Shown here: in pieces, positions 63,496 through 64,000 of the stretch
How the letters are laid out: each line of letters opens with the position of its first letter
Position numbering within the stretch: the stretch's first letter is position 1
Assembly: GCF_009914755.1 (NCBI RefSeq)
Contig: NC_060927.1
Source of the DNA: the human T2T-CHM13v2.0 reference genome, Homo sapiens
DNA: 64,000 nucleotides
Direction: 5' to 3' (one strand)
Program-made: the position numbers and the translations under genes
The notes under the pieces: model-generated
The model's input: only the letters and a program-made list of their open reading frames with translations
Database searches by the model: none
What the model was told of the DNA's origin: nothing

Positions 63496-64000
63496 ATGGT
63501 GGAATATAGATATGGCAATAATTGTAAGTATATTTAAAGGCTCGGTATTTCAGAAACCTTGATCAAACATCTAATGACATCTCTGTATCAATATGAATAC
63601 TCAGAGAAGCAAAATGTCTTCTTCAAAGTATCACATCAATTTGAGGGCAGCCAATGCTGGATCTGAAATTCAGTCATCTAATGCCTACTCATTTGCTCCT
63701 TTCCAGCTATACTTTTTCCTGAACAAGTGCAGAGAGGATTGTGTGCCCTCAGGCTAGAGTCCTAAACATTTTATTGCAACACTATGAAGGCAGGGCTTAA
63801 ATCTCTTATTTATTGCTGTATATTCAGCATCTAGTGGAATGAGTGCTCAATAAACATTCTTAGAGGTTTTTTAGATATTAATATATATCCTCCACGAATA
63901 TCATTTTCTACCTCTACACAGAGCATCCTTTATTGAGATTCAATTAAGAACAATTTGTCAGCTCTCTCCCTTTCCCAAAGTCTAGCTATTTATGATAATG

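Overview
AT-rich, repeat-dense human genomic DNA; an AluYa5 with all five diagnostic positions points to human specifically. There is no prokaryotic-type operon, CRISPR array, rRNA or tRNA. Most of the supplied ORFs are Alu, L1, LTR or microsatellite read-throughs. The only credible host coding signal is a plus-strand spliced model near the start: a clean 234-nt phase-0/0 exon at 5417-5650, with possible flanking exons at 1583-1625 and 6300-6366. I could not name the gene. The rest is a dense mix of MIR, L2, old L1M, Alu, solo LTR (LTR8, THE1, MLT1) and DNA-transposon (MADE1, MER20, MER112) copies. The most unusual readable structures are fossil rearrangements. (1) A 110-bp inverted templated insertion at a palindrome (33.0-34.0 kb). 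(2) A ~340-bp local duplication dropped into a MIR, with both copies later hit by retrotransposons at almost the same base (46.5-54.2 kb). (3) An L1PA15/16-like element with a sense-antisense-sense structure inside one TSD. (4) Two twin-primed L1PAs, one retaining an open RT-core ORF. (5) A MADE1 hairpin with a compensatory base pair. I see no evidence of a novel biological system. Repeat subfamily names are from recalled consensus sequences, and boundaries of old repeats are approximate.
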